Positions 44,781 through 53,950 of a DNA stretch of 64,000 nucleotides are shown piece after piece. Position 1 is the stretch's first letter; every line of letters starts with the position of its first letter. The stretch lies in NCBI GenBank assembly GCA_020441855.1, contig JAGRLL010000005.1, positions 13,125-77,124 on the forward strand, given 5' to 3'. The notes beneath the pieces were generated by a model, which saw only the letters and a program-made list of their open reading frames with translations, was not told where the DNA came from and did not search any database. The position numbers were made by a program, and so were the translations under genes. This DNA comes from Nitratireductor sp. (lineage in GTDB: Bacteria; Pseudomonadota; Alphaproteobacteria; Rhizobiales; Rhizobiaceae).

Positions 44781-46950
44781 TGCCGTTCCTCATCGATGCT
44801 GCAGCTTGTTCGCGGCGTTGGGCGGCGTCAGCAACGGCCTTGGCCGCCCCGATGGTCTGCGCCATGACATCAAGACTGCGATCCTTCTCCGCTTCCGCGG
44901 CGTCGAAGGCGCGCTGGCGCTCGTTCTCGTCGGCACTGGCTTTGACCTTGAGCAATTCGCGCTCCGTTGCCCCCTTCTCCCTGATCGCCGCGACTGCGGA
45001 CGGATCAGGCTGGCTGTTCTGCTGTTGTGGTGGAGGCGGTTGCTTCCATTCATCCAGAATGGCTTCGATCTCGCGGGCGCCCGGCAAGCCGCGAACCAGA
45101 AACATCACGATCTGCTTGAACAAATCGAACGGCATCTGTCCTGCCATGACCGCCGGGCCAAACGTCGAGATCGTTTCGGCCACTGCACGGATAGCCTCGA
45201 CGCGCTGCTGGCGATCGCGCTCCTGATCGATCTTGATCGTGGAATCGGTTTCGACCCTGATCCGATACCGCCTCACGGTGTCATCGCGGAGCACCGCGAA
45301 GATTTCTTCCCATGTCGGCTGGCTGCTGATCTCTTCGATCTTCCTGGCGGCGTCCGCGGCCTTGGCCTGATCCTGCCCGCCACCCGAAGCGATCAACATG
45401 ACCTGCACGCGCACGATCTCGACCTGACGTTCTTCGTCGTCGCGCGGCAGTTTGATCCCTGTAATGCGCTCAAGGGTCTCCACGGAATAGTGCTCGGCGA
45501 TGATCTCGCCCGCGATTGCGAGAAGATCGCGGGCAAAGTTCGAATGGTTCTCCTGGTGCGTTTCTAGTCTGATCGTGGCGAACTGGCCCTTGATCTTCTG
45601 GGCGCCGAGTGTTTCACGTGGATCAGATGATCCCCGGATGATATCGGCCATGCCGGAGATTTCGAACAATTCCTGCTTGGCCTGCTCCCTGGCCTCGTAC
45701 AGTGCCCGGATCGCTTCTGCGGTGGCCTGATTGGGAAGCCACTCAATCAGCTTCGATATCCCGCCCTTGTCCGCCCATGCCGCGAAGTCGGCAATCGCAA
45801 TCAGTTCGTTGTCGGCGCTGAACAATTGCTTGATGGTCTGCGATTCCTCGCCGGCATAGGCGCCGTTGACGCGCAGCGTGTTGACCAGCGAATAAATGCG
45901 CTTCGTGACCCGGTCGACCTCGGCGGCCTGGTCGCAATAGAGCCAGTACAGCGGCAGCGGGATCTTTGTTTCGTTCGATTCCACGGCCATGGCAGGTCGC
46001 GGGCCCGGGAAGAAGTCGCGCAGCCCAAGCGGGTCGGGAACGACATCGAGCGGGCCGTCTGCGTATCCCGGCGAGATATGCCAGACCAGACGCCGGGACT
46101 TGTCCCATATCTCCCAGACCTCTGCGCGCTTCCACGCCTCGGCGACGCTCTCAATATCGGCCTTCTTGACCGTTCCTTCGTCATCCGCCGATAGCAGTTC
46201 GGTGGTCAATTGGACCTTGACCGCCTTGTCCTTGCCGTAGCGCTTGATCAGCTTCTTGCGGCTCAATCTGGACCGGTAGGCAATCCAGCGCGTCGCCTCC
46301 CAGGTCTTGTCAACGCTCTCGAGATAGTCGTCGATGCCGTAGCGCTTGAACAACTGGCGCTGATTGATGATTTCGGCGATCTTCTCCCGTGCGGGTTCAT
46401 TCGCTTCGGTTTCAGCCGCCATCTTCTCGGGATTGGCGCCTTCCTCCTCTGGGTCGAAGCCCTCGTCGAGTTCCTCGTCGGTTTCGATCTCGTAGAACGC
46501 TCTCGCCACCCCCCTGCCGGGCAGCAAATAATCATGCCTGATCTTCTTCATCGTGCCGTGCAGGTCGGCATCCTCGGCGACGAAGATCAAAGCGCGCTCC
46601 ATGATTTCGGTGGCGACGCGGGCAACGACGTCATCGCCGGGAAAGCGACGCTCGCAAACCGGGGTCGGCGGGTTTGCATAAACCGCGCCCTTCATGGTCT
46701 CGGTGTTTGAATAGAGGATGTTCAGGCCTTCGACGTCCCTGTCGCCCGCAATCTCGGTTTCGATCTCGGAGGACTTGCGTTCATCGCGATAGCGTCGTTC
46801 GACGTTTTTCGCCTGCTTGATGAAGTGCTGGTAATGTTTCTTGGAATCGTCGAGTTCGCGCAGCCAGTATTTTGCCTGGGTCTTCGGCTCTGCCTGCTCC
46901 AGATCGGAGGCGAGCACATCGCTCTGCTGCTCGGTGCTGGCGTCAGCCAT
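44770..46950 (-). CDS. Portal protein
   Basis: 726 aa. Its start overlaps the terL stop, in the canonical position. Confidence 0.75.
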   Translation of the reverse strand: MADASTEQQSDVLASDLEQAEPKTQAKYWLRELDDSKKHYQHFIKQAKNVERRYRDERKSSEIETEIAGDRDVEGLNILYSNTETMKGAVYANPPTPVCERRFPGDDVVARVATEIMERALIFVAEDADLHGTMKKIRHDYLLPGRGVARAFYEIETDEELDEGFDPEEEGANPEKMAAETEANEPAREKIAEIINQRQLFKRYGIDDYLESVDKTWEATRWIAYRSRLSRKKLIKRYGKDKAVKVQLTTELLSADDEGTVKKADIESVAEAWKRAEVWEIWDKSRRLVWHISPGYADGPLDVVPDPLGLRDFFPGPRPAMAVESNETKIPLPLYWLYCDQAAEVDRVTKRIYSLVNTLRVNGAYAGEESQTIKQLFSADNELIAIADFAAWADKGGISKLIEWLPNQATAEAIRALYEAREQAKQELFEISGMADIIRGSSDPRETLGAQKIKGQFATIRLETHQENHSNFARDLLAIAGEIIAEHYSVETLERITGIKLPRDDEERQVEIVRVQVMLIASGGGQDQAKAADAARKIEEISSQPTWEEIFAVLRDDTVRRYRIRVETDSTIKIDQERDRQQRVEAIRAVAETISTFGPAVMAGQMPFDLFKQIVMFLVRGLPGAREIEAILDEWKQPPPPQQQNSQPDPSAVAAIREKGATERELLKVKASADENERQRAFDAAEAEKDRSLDVMAQTIGAAKAVADAAQRREQAAASMRNGNGA

Positions 46951-48500
46951 CAGATACCTCGATAGTCCTTGTTGGCACGCGCTCGACCTTGCTCATGGGC
47001 AATGACTTCATCGATCGAGGGGACGTGTCCGTAAGGTACGTCGCCGGGGTTGGGTGCTAATTTCCGCTGGATAGGCCGCGCCTGGCACATGTACCTGATC
47101 TCGTCTGCGGCGTGATCCTCGCCCTCGGTGTCAAGGTCCTCGGCGTTCTTGTCGTCGTGCTGGAGAACCGGAACGGTGCGGATTGCGTCCTTGCAGGTCG
47201 AAAAGAAATAGATCATCGGTCGGCCGGCATGGTCGCCGGCCTCATCGCCCATCATTCTGGACCGCATCTGCCCCCAGCCAGGTATGCGCCGATTGTCGGC
47301 CTTGCGAAGCTGGAACTTGCCGCGTTCATGGCGGCCACCTTTCCACATCTGCTCGGCAATTGACGGGCCACCTTCCTGGGCGAAGATCGAAGGATCGCAA
47401 ACCGTATAGGCAATGGTCTCGTCCGGCGGCGTCCGCGACACGATGCCCTTGCCGATCTCGAAATTGGTCAACTTGATGCCCTTGTTCGGCCCGGAAGCGC
47501 CGTACCATTCCCGGTAGCGGATCAGCGCGCCACGTGGATAGGACGGCCATTCCGTTGGAGGCTTGCCGGGGATTTCGACGGGATAGCCGTCAGACATCGC
47601 CCACCATCCCACGGAGAACGGCGAAGACGATCCCCAGTCGAAGGAACGGAACCTGGTCCAGCGCTTGGGAATCGCGTGCGGCGGGATGACAAGACGGCGA
47701 TCCGACCAGCAATCGAAGAATGCGCCCTCGATGATCGACCAGTCACCGTAAAGCCAGGCTTTGACGAGATGCGCCGAACCGGATTGAGACAGTCTTGCGA
47801 TGTAGAACGGATCGCTGGCCAGAAGGATCTTGTTGTCGGCGACTTTCGACGGGATGAAGATGCGTTCCAGCCACATCCCCGATTCCTGATCGAACTGGCG
47901 GATCGGTCGCATCCCGGCCGGCCACGGATCGATATAGCGTCGCTTCACCCAAAGATGGCCGGGCCCGCCGGGGTTTGCCGTCGCCCTGAACCCGCATGCC
48001 GAACTAGGGATATGCGCGCTTCGGATCGTGGCGAAAAGCTTCTGGATAGGCTCGAAGTTCGGGAACTGGGTCAATTCCTCGACATAGACCCTGGTATAGG
48101 AATGGCCCTGATAGGCCTGCGCGTCCTCGTCGCGGTCGAGATACCGGAATTTGATCCTCGCACCGTTCGCCATGCGAAAGGTCTTGGACTGGGCGTGGTA
48201 TTTCGCCCCCAGCGGGAGGAAAAGTTCCTTGGCCCGCTCGATGGTCTCGGCAAGGGCCTCCATGGTTCGACGAACCATGAGACCGTTGGCATGCTTTCCC
48301 CAGGAATCGGAGTGAATCAGCCAGTCGCCCAGCATGCCGTCGGTCTTGCCGCCGCCGCGCGCGCCGCCGAACATGACCTCGAACACGGGACAGGAGATCA
48401 GAAGCGCTTGTGGTCCCGGCTGGGGCGCCCAGACCACATGATCGGTGGGTTGGAGAAGACGCGGCCCGCCGTTGTGGCCTATGCCGGGCTGGGCGAGCAT
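46950..48500 (-). CDS. Terminase large subunit
   Basis: Walker A FGGARGGGKTDG, with a C-terminal nuclease-like region containing DHAADE. Confidence 0.85.
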   Translation of the reverse strand: MLAQPGIGHNGGPRLLQPTDHVVWAPQPGPQALLISCPVFEVMFGGARGGGKTDGMLGDWLIHSDSWGKHANGLMVRRTMEALAETIERAKELFLPLGAKYHAQSKTFRMANGARIKFRYLDRDEDAQAYQGHSYTRVYVEELTQFPNFEPIQKLFATIRSAHIPSSACGFRATANPGGPGHLWVKRRYIDPWPAGMRPIRQFDQESGMWLERIFIPSKVADNKILLASDPFYIARLSQSGSAHLVKAWLYGDWSIIEGAFFDCWSDRRLVIPPHAIPKRWTRFRSFDWGSSSPFSVGWWAMSDGYPVEIPGKPPTEWPSYPRGALIRYREWYGASGPNKGIKLTNFEIGKGIVSRTPPDETIAYTVCDPSIFAQEGGPSIAEQMWKGGRHERGKFQLRKADNRRIPGWGQMRSRMMGDEAGDHAGRPMIYFFSTCKDAIRTVPVLQHDDKNAEDLDTEGEDHAADEIRYMCQARPIQRKLAPNPGDVPYGHVPSIDEVIAHEQGRARANKDYRGI

Positions 48501-48510
48501 TGCGTCAAAA

Positions 48511-48714
48511 TCAAGCCGCAGTCAGCGCCGCGGGATCGAACCAGCGTTCCATGCCCCTATCGTCGACAACACGTTCGACGCGGCGCTTCTGGTGGTTGCT
48601 GAACGCATCAACAACGCCCTCGGCGATGTGGTTGTTCTTCTTGCGGAACGTCACCGGCCGGGACGGATCGATCGTACGGGTATGCGATTTCTGCCAGTTC
48701 GTCTTCATGGTCAA
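48511..48714 (-). CDS. Small basic hypothetical protein
   Basis: AAGGA SD upstream. Ends 10 nt before terL. Confidence 0.45.
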   Translation of the reverse strand: MTMKTNWQKSHTRTIDPSRPVTFRKKNNHIAEGVVDAFSNHQKRRVERVVDDRGMERWFDPAALTAA

Positions 48715-48821
48715 TGGTCCTTGTGTTGCGATGACGCCTATTCATCAGTGACTTCGGCGTCAGTGGCGTTTTTCTTGATTGTTTCGACGGCGGAGAACGC
48801 TTGGCATGTGAACCCTTCCAT

Positions 48822-49232
48822 CTAGCTCGCGAGCCGACGCCGGAGTTCCAGCGGAACAACGGCGACCGGGTTTTCGAGAACGGCGTTGAGGTTAGCCAGG
48901 CCAACCATCGCCCCTTGCGCGAGACCCGGCGAATTGAAGACCGCGAACTTTCGGTTCATCTCCGGGGAACAGAGGCGGTCGAGTTCCGTGGCATTGTGAT
49001 CCCCGGCGATCATGAGACCGTTATCGGCAAGGATGCGCCGGAAGATTTGCGCTGACTTCTCCGGATCACCACTGGTCACCGCCGGCACCGGGTTAGGCGC
49101 GTTGAACGACAGCACAACAGAACGCACCACGAGTTCTTCGTCATCCTCGTTCACACCTTCATGAAACAGCGCGAGGAGATGGAACCGGAAGTTCACTGCG
49201 GTCTGTGGCGGTGTCTGCTGGACGTTCTGCAT
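48822..49232 (-). CDS. Hypothetical protein (accessory islet)
   Basis: GAGGAA SD within the repeated 25-nt element upstream. Confidence 0.5.
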   Translation of the reverse strand: MQNVQQTPPQTAVNFRFHLLALFHEGVNEDDEELVVRSVVLSFNAPNPVPAVTSGDPEKSAQIFRRILADNGLMIAGDHNATELDRLCSPEMNRKFAVFNSPGLAQGAMVGLANLNAVLENPVAVVPLELRRRLAS

Positions 49233-49236
49233 CGGA

Positions 49237-49261
49237 AATTCCTCAATGATTTCTCGTGCGC
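49237..49261 (-). repeat. 25-nt exact repeat, copy A (intergenic; carries the SD of gene 48822..49232)
   Basis: aattcctcaatgatttctcgtgcgc, identical to 56402-56426. Similarity extends to about 40 nt with small indels. Confidence 0.9.
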
Positions 49262-49278
49262 GTGCAGGTGCGCGAGGA

Positions 49279-49698
49279 TCAGGCCTCTACCAGCACCCAG
49301 TCGTCCGCGAGCATATCGGCCTGTGAGGCCAGCCACGGCACGCATTTGCCCTCGGCATCTTTCATGTCGATGTGCGGGCGATAGTCGATCTGCGTACCCT
49401 CGGAGTAGATGCCGAGCAGCGGCGGTCGATTGACGATGAAGGTTGACCCTGCGACGAGGTAGAGGAACATGCCCTTGCCGTTCCAACCGGCGCGCGCGAC
49501 CCTGTGACCGTCCTTGAGCGCTTGCAGCGCGTGGCCGAAGCTCATCGCATCGATCGACTGATAGGCAGCCTCGAACACTGCCTTGGGTGACCACGAGGTA
49601 TAGCCGTCGGCGTATTTGACGGCATAGCCGTCTTCGCCATCGGGCGACTTGCTCGGCCATGCGGTGATGCGTTTCGTGCCATAATAGTCCTTGGTCAT
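49279..49698 (-). CDS. DUF2829 domain protein (Tad2-like candidate immune-signal sponge)
   Basis: FGHALQALKDGHRVARAGWNGKGMFLYL...PWLASQADMLADDWVLV is the DUF2829 signature. N-terminal GYAVKYADGYTSWSPKAVFEAAY extension. Confidence 0.8.
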   Translation of the reverse strand: MTKDYYGTKRITAWPSKSPDGEDGYAVKYADGYTSWSPKAVFEAAYQSIDAMSFGHALQALKDGHRVARAGWNGKGMFLYLVAGSTFIVNRPPLLGIYSEGTQIDYRPHIDMKDAEGKCVPWLASQADMLADDWVLVEA

Positions 49699-49711
49699 GG
49701 AATTGCCTTTC

Positions 49712-50470
49712 CTATTCCTCGACGTTGATTGGGTCCTCGAGTCCGTGCTCGACGATCCAGTTGTTGGTCTTCCTCATGTCTTCGATGTTGCGCTGGCGGC
49801 CGGCGGACGGATCGACCGGGCCCGCCTGGACCATTCCGGGGACCGGAACCGGGACCACGACATAGCTCGCGGCCTTCTGCAGGTTGTCCTTTTCGTAGCC
49901 GCCCAGCACCTTGAGCAGTTTGTCAATGGCGCCATCCTTGGAGCGGACCTTGAACTTGGTCTTGACCACTTCCTTGCGCGCGTCGACGATTTCACCACTC
50001 TCTGGCGCCATCATCTGCGTCGGCTTCACCGACACCGTGGTTTGCTCGATCTCCTCGATCGACATCCGCGCCGATTTCGGGATTTGATGGATATCCAGCA
50101 GGCTTCCCGTTTCGGCGTCGAAGAACTCCAACGGATCGGTGTAGACCACCGATTTCAGTTCCTTGACGAGCTCGTGAACGGTCAGGCTCTCGGCCTGCGC
50201 CGTGGCCTCCTGCTTCATTCTGATCGCGGCCGCCACTGCCGGCTTGTAGAGTGTATGGTTCTCGTCGAGCCAGGCCGGCGCGTTCTTCTTCGCGGTCTCG
50301 GCGGTGTATCCCGCCGCCCTTGCGGCGTCGAATATCGTGCTCTCCGTCATGTAGGCCATGACGAACCTGGTCTCGCGCTGCGACAGACCGGTCGACAGGA
50401 TAACGTCGTCGACCTCGGCCATGACCTTGGCGGCGTATTCGTCCTCAGGCGATTGGGCTTGCTGATCCAT
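49712..50470 (-). CDS. Terminase small subunit
   Basis: LSQRETRFVMAYMTESTIFDAARAAGYTAETAKKNAPAWL is the Terminase_2-type HTH. Confidence 0.75.
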   Translation of the reverse strand: MDQQAQSPEDEYAAKVMAEVDDVILSTGLSQRETRFVMAYMTESTIFDAARAAGYTAETAKKNAPAWLDENHTLYKPAVAAAIRMKQEATAQAESLTVHELVKELKSVVYTDPLEFFDAETGSLLDIHQIPKSARMSIEEIEQTTVSVKPTQMMAPESGEIVDARKEVVKTKFKVRSKDGAIDKLLKVLGGYEKDNLQKAASYVVVPVPVPGMVQAGPVDPSAGRQRNIEDMRKTNNWIVEHGLEDPINVEE

Positions 50471-50503
50471 TGACCTGATCAGGTATCAGGCCAGATCGAA
50501 GCG

Positions 50504-50701
50504 CTAATTTCGGTCGCGCGCTTTTTCCGGTTTGTCGAGTATCAACCCACGTTCAAACATCATCCTATCGTAGACCTCCTTAATGTCGTGAGGTCTTAAG
50601 GAGCCATTTGATACGCGCATGACTTCTGCCACGAACTCAGAGCACACTAACTGCCACCATTCTTCGTACGCAACGAGAACGGTACCAACAGCAACAATCA
50701 T
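50504..50701 (-). CDS. Small hypothetical protein in a low-GC patch
   Basis: Internal ATG (MIVAVGTVLV..) of listed ORF 50504..50833. Start uncertain. Confidence 0.3.
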   Translation of the reverse strand: MIVAVGTVLVAYEEWWQLVCSEFVAEVMRVSNGSLRPHDIKEVYDRMMFERGLILDKPEKARDRN

Positions 50702-50751
50702 GCGTTCGGTAGCCCCGGCTGTGGCGTATGGAATAATCGTTATCTGCTTCT

Positions 50752-51435
50752 TCAACTCGCGAACTCCATCTCGATGTGCTTCGGCACCATGCAGCCGGCC
50801 TTCCCCGGCTTTGGACCGTAATAGGCCAGCCATCTGCCATGATCGCGAAGCGTCTTCACGCGCTGGCGCCAGACATCGTCTGGTATCGGAGCATGGGCAG
50901 TCCTGTTGATACCCGTTCCTGTGCTCGACGGGGCATCGTCTTGAGACGTGGCGCTTGCCGTTGGCTCGATGTCCTCAGCAGCATTCGGCGGTTCGCGAAA
51001 TCCGGCGTCAACAGCAAGGTCGTCAAACACAGGACTGTCCCGGTCCTGTTTCACAGGCCGATCGGTCGGGTTCTGCATTTTCAGGTCAGGCTCGCTCTCG
51101 ACGATGATCCTGTACCCAACTGGCAGTTCGGCTTCGTCGAAGTGTTCCGGTGCCGGGCGAGCAGCTTTCTGGTCGATACGGAACCCGGCGACGAGGATGA
51201 ATTCGTCGCGCGGGACCAGATACCCGGCATTGCATAGCAGGCTCAGGCACTCTCTGACGTCGGCTACGGCGTGCCCCGGGCGGCAGGCAATCGCGATTTC
51301 TGTTTCGTCTGCCTTGCAAATTCCGTGGTCGTCGACGTGGCACAGCAGCGCGAGATAGAGCAACTGCGCGGCATCAGGCATTTCGATGAATCTGGGATGC
51401 GTCAGGAGTTTGTGTCGAAGGGCTCTGTTCTTCAT
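50752..51435 (-). CDS. Hypothetical protein with N-terminal winged-helix-like region
   Basis: ATG 51435 overlaps the upstream stop (ATGA). Confidence 0.45.
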   Translation of the reverse strand: MKNRALRHKLLTHPRFIEMPDAAQLLYLALLCHVDDHGICKADETEIAIACRPGHAVADVRECLSLLCNAGYLVPRDEFILVAGFRIDQKAARPAPEHFDEAELPVGYRIIVESEPDLKMQNPTDRPVKQDRDSPVFDDLAVDAGFREPPNAAEDIEPTASATSQDDAPSSTGTGINRTAHAPIPDDVWRQRVKTLRDHGRWLAYYGPKPGKAGCMVPKHIEMEFAS

Positions 51436-52040
51436 GCCGCCATCCTCCATGCCTGGACCGCGCCGCGATAGGCCGCCTCGATCTGCGTCAGTTTCGCCTC
51501 GAACAATGGATCGTCATCGCGCATATCCTCCACGGTCTGCGCGGTATGCTGGATCGCGCGGCGGTGAAAGCCTGTGTAATTGTGGATCTGCGTGGTCGAA
51601 AATCCGGCCGATGTGTTCAGCAGGTATAGCCAGAGGTTGACCATGATTTGCTGGCTGGCCTTGCGTGACGGTCGCCCGCGGCCACGCCGGCCACCAATCA
51701 TCGCCTTGAGGCTTGCCATTGGGGCGTGATGGAATGCAGCCACAACGGTTTGCGCGATGTAGTCCGCTGACTTAATCGGGATTTCCCTTGAACGCGGCAG
51801 TGAACCACTGTCAAATATCCATTTATCCGACAACAGGTTAAGTCTTGTTCCCGTGGTTCTTACAAACCTGCGAATCAATCCATGCGCTTCGGCGTTGGCG
51901 AGGAACCGCCGGACCTGCGACCTCGGGTAATCCCAGCGCGCGGCAAGCATTCGCTCGGAAATCTCTCCACAATCACCGATGCCGGCACTCCAGTCCGCCA
52001 TGCCGGTCAGATCATCAAACAGTTCCTCGTGACTTTTCAT
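51432..52040 (-). CDS. DnaA domain IV-like HTH protein
   Basis: C-terminus RKASQQIMVNLWLYLLNTSAGFSTTQIHNYTGFHRRAIQHTAQTVE parallels DnaA R..ARQIAMYL..S...IG...HSTV.HA. GAGGA SD before ATG 52040. Confidence 0.55.
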   Translation of the reverse strand: MKSHEELFDDLTGMADWSAGIGDCGEISERMLAARWDYPRSQVRRFLANAEAHGLIRRFVRTTGTRLNLLSDKWIFDSGSLPRSREIPIKSADYIAQTVVAAFHHAPMASLKAMIGGRRGRGRPSRKASQQIMVNLWLYLLNTSAGFSTTQIHNYTGFHRRAIQHTAQTVEDMRDDDPLFEAKLTQIEAAYRGAVQAWRMAA

Positions 52041-52057
52041 GCGTCCTCGCTTGTCAA

Positions 52058-52801
52058 TCAGGCCAAACCGGCAGTGCCGCGACCAACATCGCCGCCGCGC
52101 GGGCGGCTTTGCCCGGCGCGACCGCCGCAACCGACAATGGTCGGCACGACGACGGCGTTGTAGTCCTTCTTGCTGGCCGTCACGGTGTGGAGCGGATCAC
52201 CGGCCGAGCGGTTGGCGCCGCCCTGCTGCGCATAAGTCACGAAGAACGGCTCCGCCGCATTGACCACATAGCGCATAACGCCCGCCGCGATCCGCTTCAT
52301 CGTGTTGTCGGCCAGCGGGCGCACGGCGCGCACGCCGTACTTCGCCATGATCTCGTCGGAGGTGTCGAAGATCGACGGGCACGGGATCGACCAGTCGATG
52401 ATCTCGGCGGCGGTGCGCCATGGTTTCAGTTCGCCGGCCTTGACCGCTTCCGACTTCGGGTCGCCGTGCGTCGGCGCCGGCCAGACCACGGGCTTGCCAT
52501 CGCGGCGCATCACGATGAAGAGCCGCTTGCGGATCGTCGGCGCGCCACCGCGGGCCTTGGAGAAATGCCGGCAATCGGGTGAAGCCCACAGCAGCCCAAC
52601 CTTTCTGCCTCTTGTGTGCGTCTCGATGTTGACCTTCCAGACGTTCTCCTCGAGGTGGAGCGTGTCGGGATGGTTCGCGGCGTGCATCGCCAGTGCGAAA
52701 GGGTTGTGATTGATGGCAATGTCCGGCGAGCGGCCAAGCGCTTCCATTATGCCTGTCGAGGCACCGCCGCCGCCCGCGAAACTGTCGATGATCATGTCCA
52801 T
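52058..52801 (-). CDS. DNA (cytosine-5) methyltransferase, probably degraded (internal deletion plus C-terminal truncation)
   Basis: Motif I DSFAGGGG and motif IV ASPDCRHFS are followed after only 9 aa by APTIRKRLF (motif VIII-like). No motif VI ENV and no motif X. Confidence 0.6.
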   Translation of the reverse strand: MDMIIDSFAGGGGASTGIMEALGRSPDIAINHNPFALAMHAANHPDTLHLEENVWKVNIETHTRGRKVGLLWASPDCRHFSKARGGAPTIRKRLFIVMRRDGKPVVWPAPTHGDPKSEAVKAGELKPWRTAAEIIDWSIPCPSIFDTSDEIMAKYGVRAVRPLADNTMKRIAAGVMRYVVNAAEPFFVTYAQQGGANRSAGDPLHTVTASKKDYNAVVVPTIVGCGGRAGQSRPRGGDVGRGTAGLA

Positions 52802-53226
52802 TATTCCGCCGCCTCCTGCTTGGGGTATCCCTCGGGCCAACGCTGTGGAGTGACGAAGCGTTTAAGACGGACGATCTGATCCACCCTTGCCTGTCCGTGG
52901 TGATTTCTCTGGTAGCCAAGCCATGCCGACCATTCAGGCCGCCCGGGTCTCACGACAAACCAGCCGTCGCCATCGATCTCAGGCGGGTTGCAACTGAATT
53001 CGGCAAAAGTTCCGCCGGTCAGGAACCCGATGACGCTGATCGCTCTGCCCTGCCGGCGCCGCGCCTCGCAATAGCGACGCACAGCTTCCGGAAACTGGTT
53101 GACTAGACCAGGATAAGCCGCGGCAACACGCTGGTAGCGGGCGAAGATCGACGAGCGCCTTGCACTGATCCTGAATTCTTCAGGCCACGTCCGCCAGAAC
53201 GCTTCGAAGGGCTGGTCGAGGTTCAT
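52801..53226 (-). CDS. Hypothetical protein
   Basis: ATGA overlap upstream and 1-nt overlap downstream. Confidence 0.45.
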   Translation of the reverse strand: MNLDQPFEAFWRTWPEEFRISARRSSIFARYQRVAAAYPGLVNQFPEAVRRYCEARRRQGRAISVIGFLTGGTFAEFSCNPPEIDGDGWFVVRPGRPEWSAWLGYQRNHHGQARVDQIVRLKRFVTPQRWPEGYPKQEAAE

Positions 53227-53762
53227 CGTTTTCCTCCACCATTCCTTGCCATCCTCAGACGTGCAGCGGCGATGTGCGGTAGCTCGTGGACTTCTGCCTT
53301 TCCACCAACTCCTTCCGAACTCTCGGCAGTCTCAGAGTTAGATATTCTTTCTTCTGATTGTAGTTCTGGTTCTGATTGGTATGGCAAAACATCCGTTTTG
53401 ACAGAGGCGTTCTCCGCGTCTTTCAATGCCTTAGCGCGTCCGCCCTTCTTTCCAGCCTCTTTTCTTGCATCGTATTTGCCCTTCGCCTTGATCCATTCGG
53501 CGAGCAAACGACGTTGTGTGATCTTGCCGTTTTTCTTCGAGCAAAATTCCGCAATGATCGGTGCGCCGACACGATGAAACGTCTCGGCATCGATGCGCAT
53601 CTGACGCATGATCCAGCGCGGATCGTCCGGAATTGAGCACCCCGGCGAGCGCCAGAGAAGACGCAGGAGGCGATTATAGAAGCCGTCTTCCTCCAGCGAT
53701 AAATGGCTGGTGTGGCCCTCATAGGTGGTCACGTACAGCGGCATGAACGGAAGGGTGCTCAT
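53223..53762 (-). CDS. DUF1376 (YdaU-like) prophage replication-region protein
   Basis: LPFMPLYVTTYEGHTSHLSLEEDGFYNRLLRLLW is the DUF1376 signature. ATG 53762 overlaps the upstream stop. Confidence 0.7.
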   Translation of the reverse strand: MSTLPFMPLYVTTYEGHTSHLSLEEDGFYNRLLRLLWRSPGCSIPDDPRWIMRQMRIDAETFHRVGAPIIAEFCSKKNGKITQRRLLAEWIKAKGKYDARKEAGKKGGRAKALKDAENASVKTDVLPYQSEPELQSEERISNSETAESSEGVGGKAEVHELPHIAAARLRMARNGGGKR

Positions 53763-53950
53763 ATCAGCCCTCGCTTTTTCGCTACGGCCACGTAACGGTC
53801 CAGATGCTGCGACGATCGTTCCTGAGGCACCTTGCGCCGGCCCATGCATTTCTTGCCGGCAGGCGATCCGCAATGCGGACAAGTCACACTCATCGCATCG
53901 GCGCGAGTCAGGGAAAATTTGTGGATCAGACCGCCAATGTTCTCGCTCAT
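53759..53950 (-). CDS. Small zinc-binding protein
   Basis: CPHCGSPAGKKC. ATGA overlaps on both sides. Confidence 0.5.
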   Translation of the reverse strand: MSENIGGLIHKFSLTRADAMSVTCPHCGSPAGKKCMGRRKVPQERSSQHLDRYVAVAKKRGLI

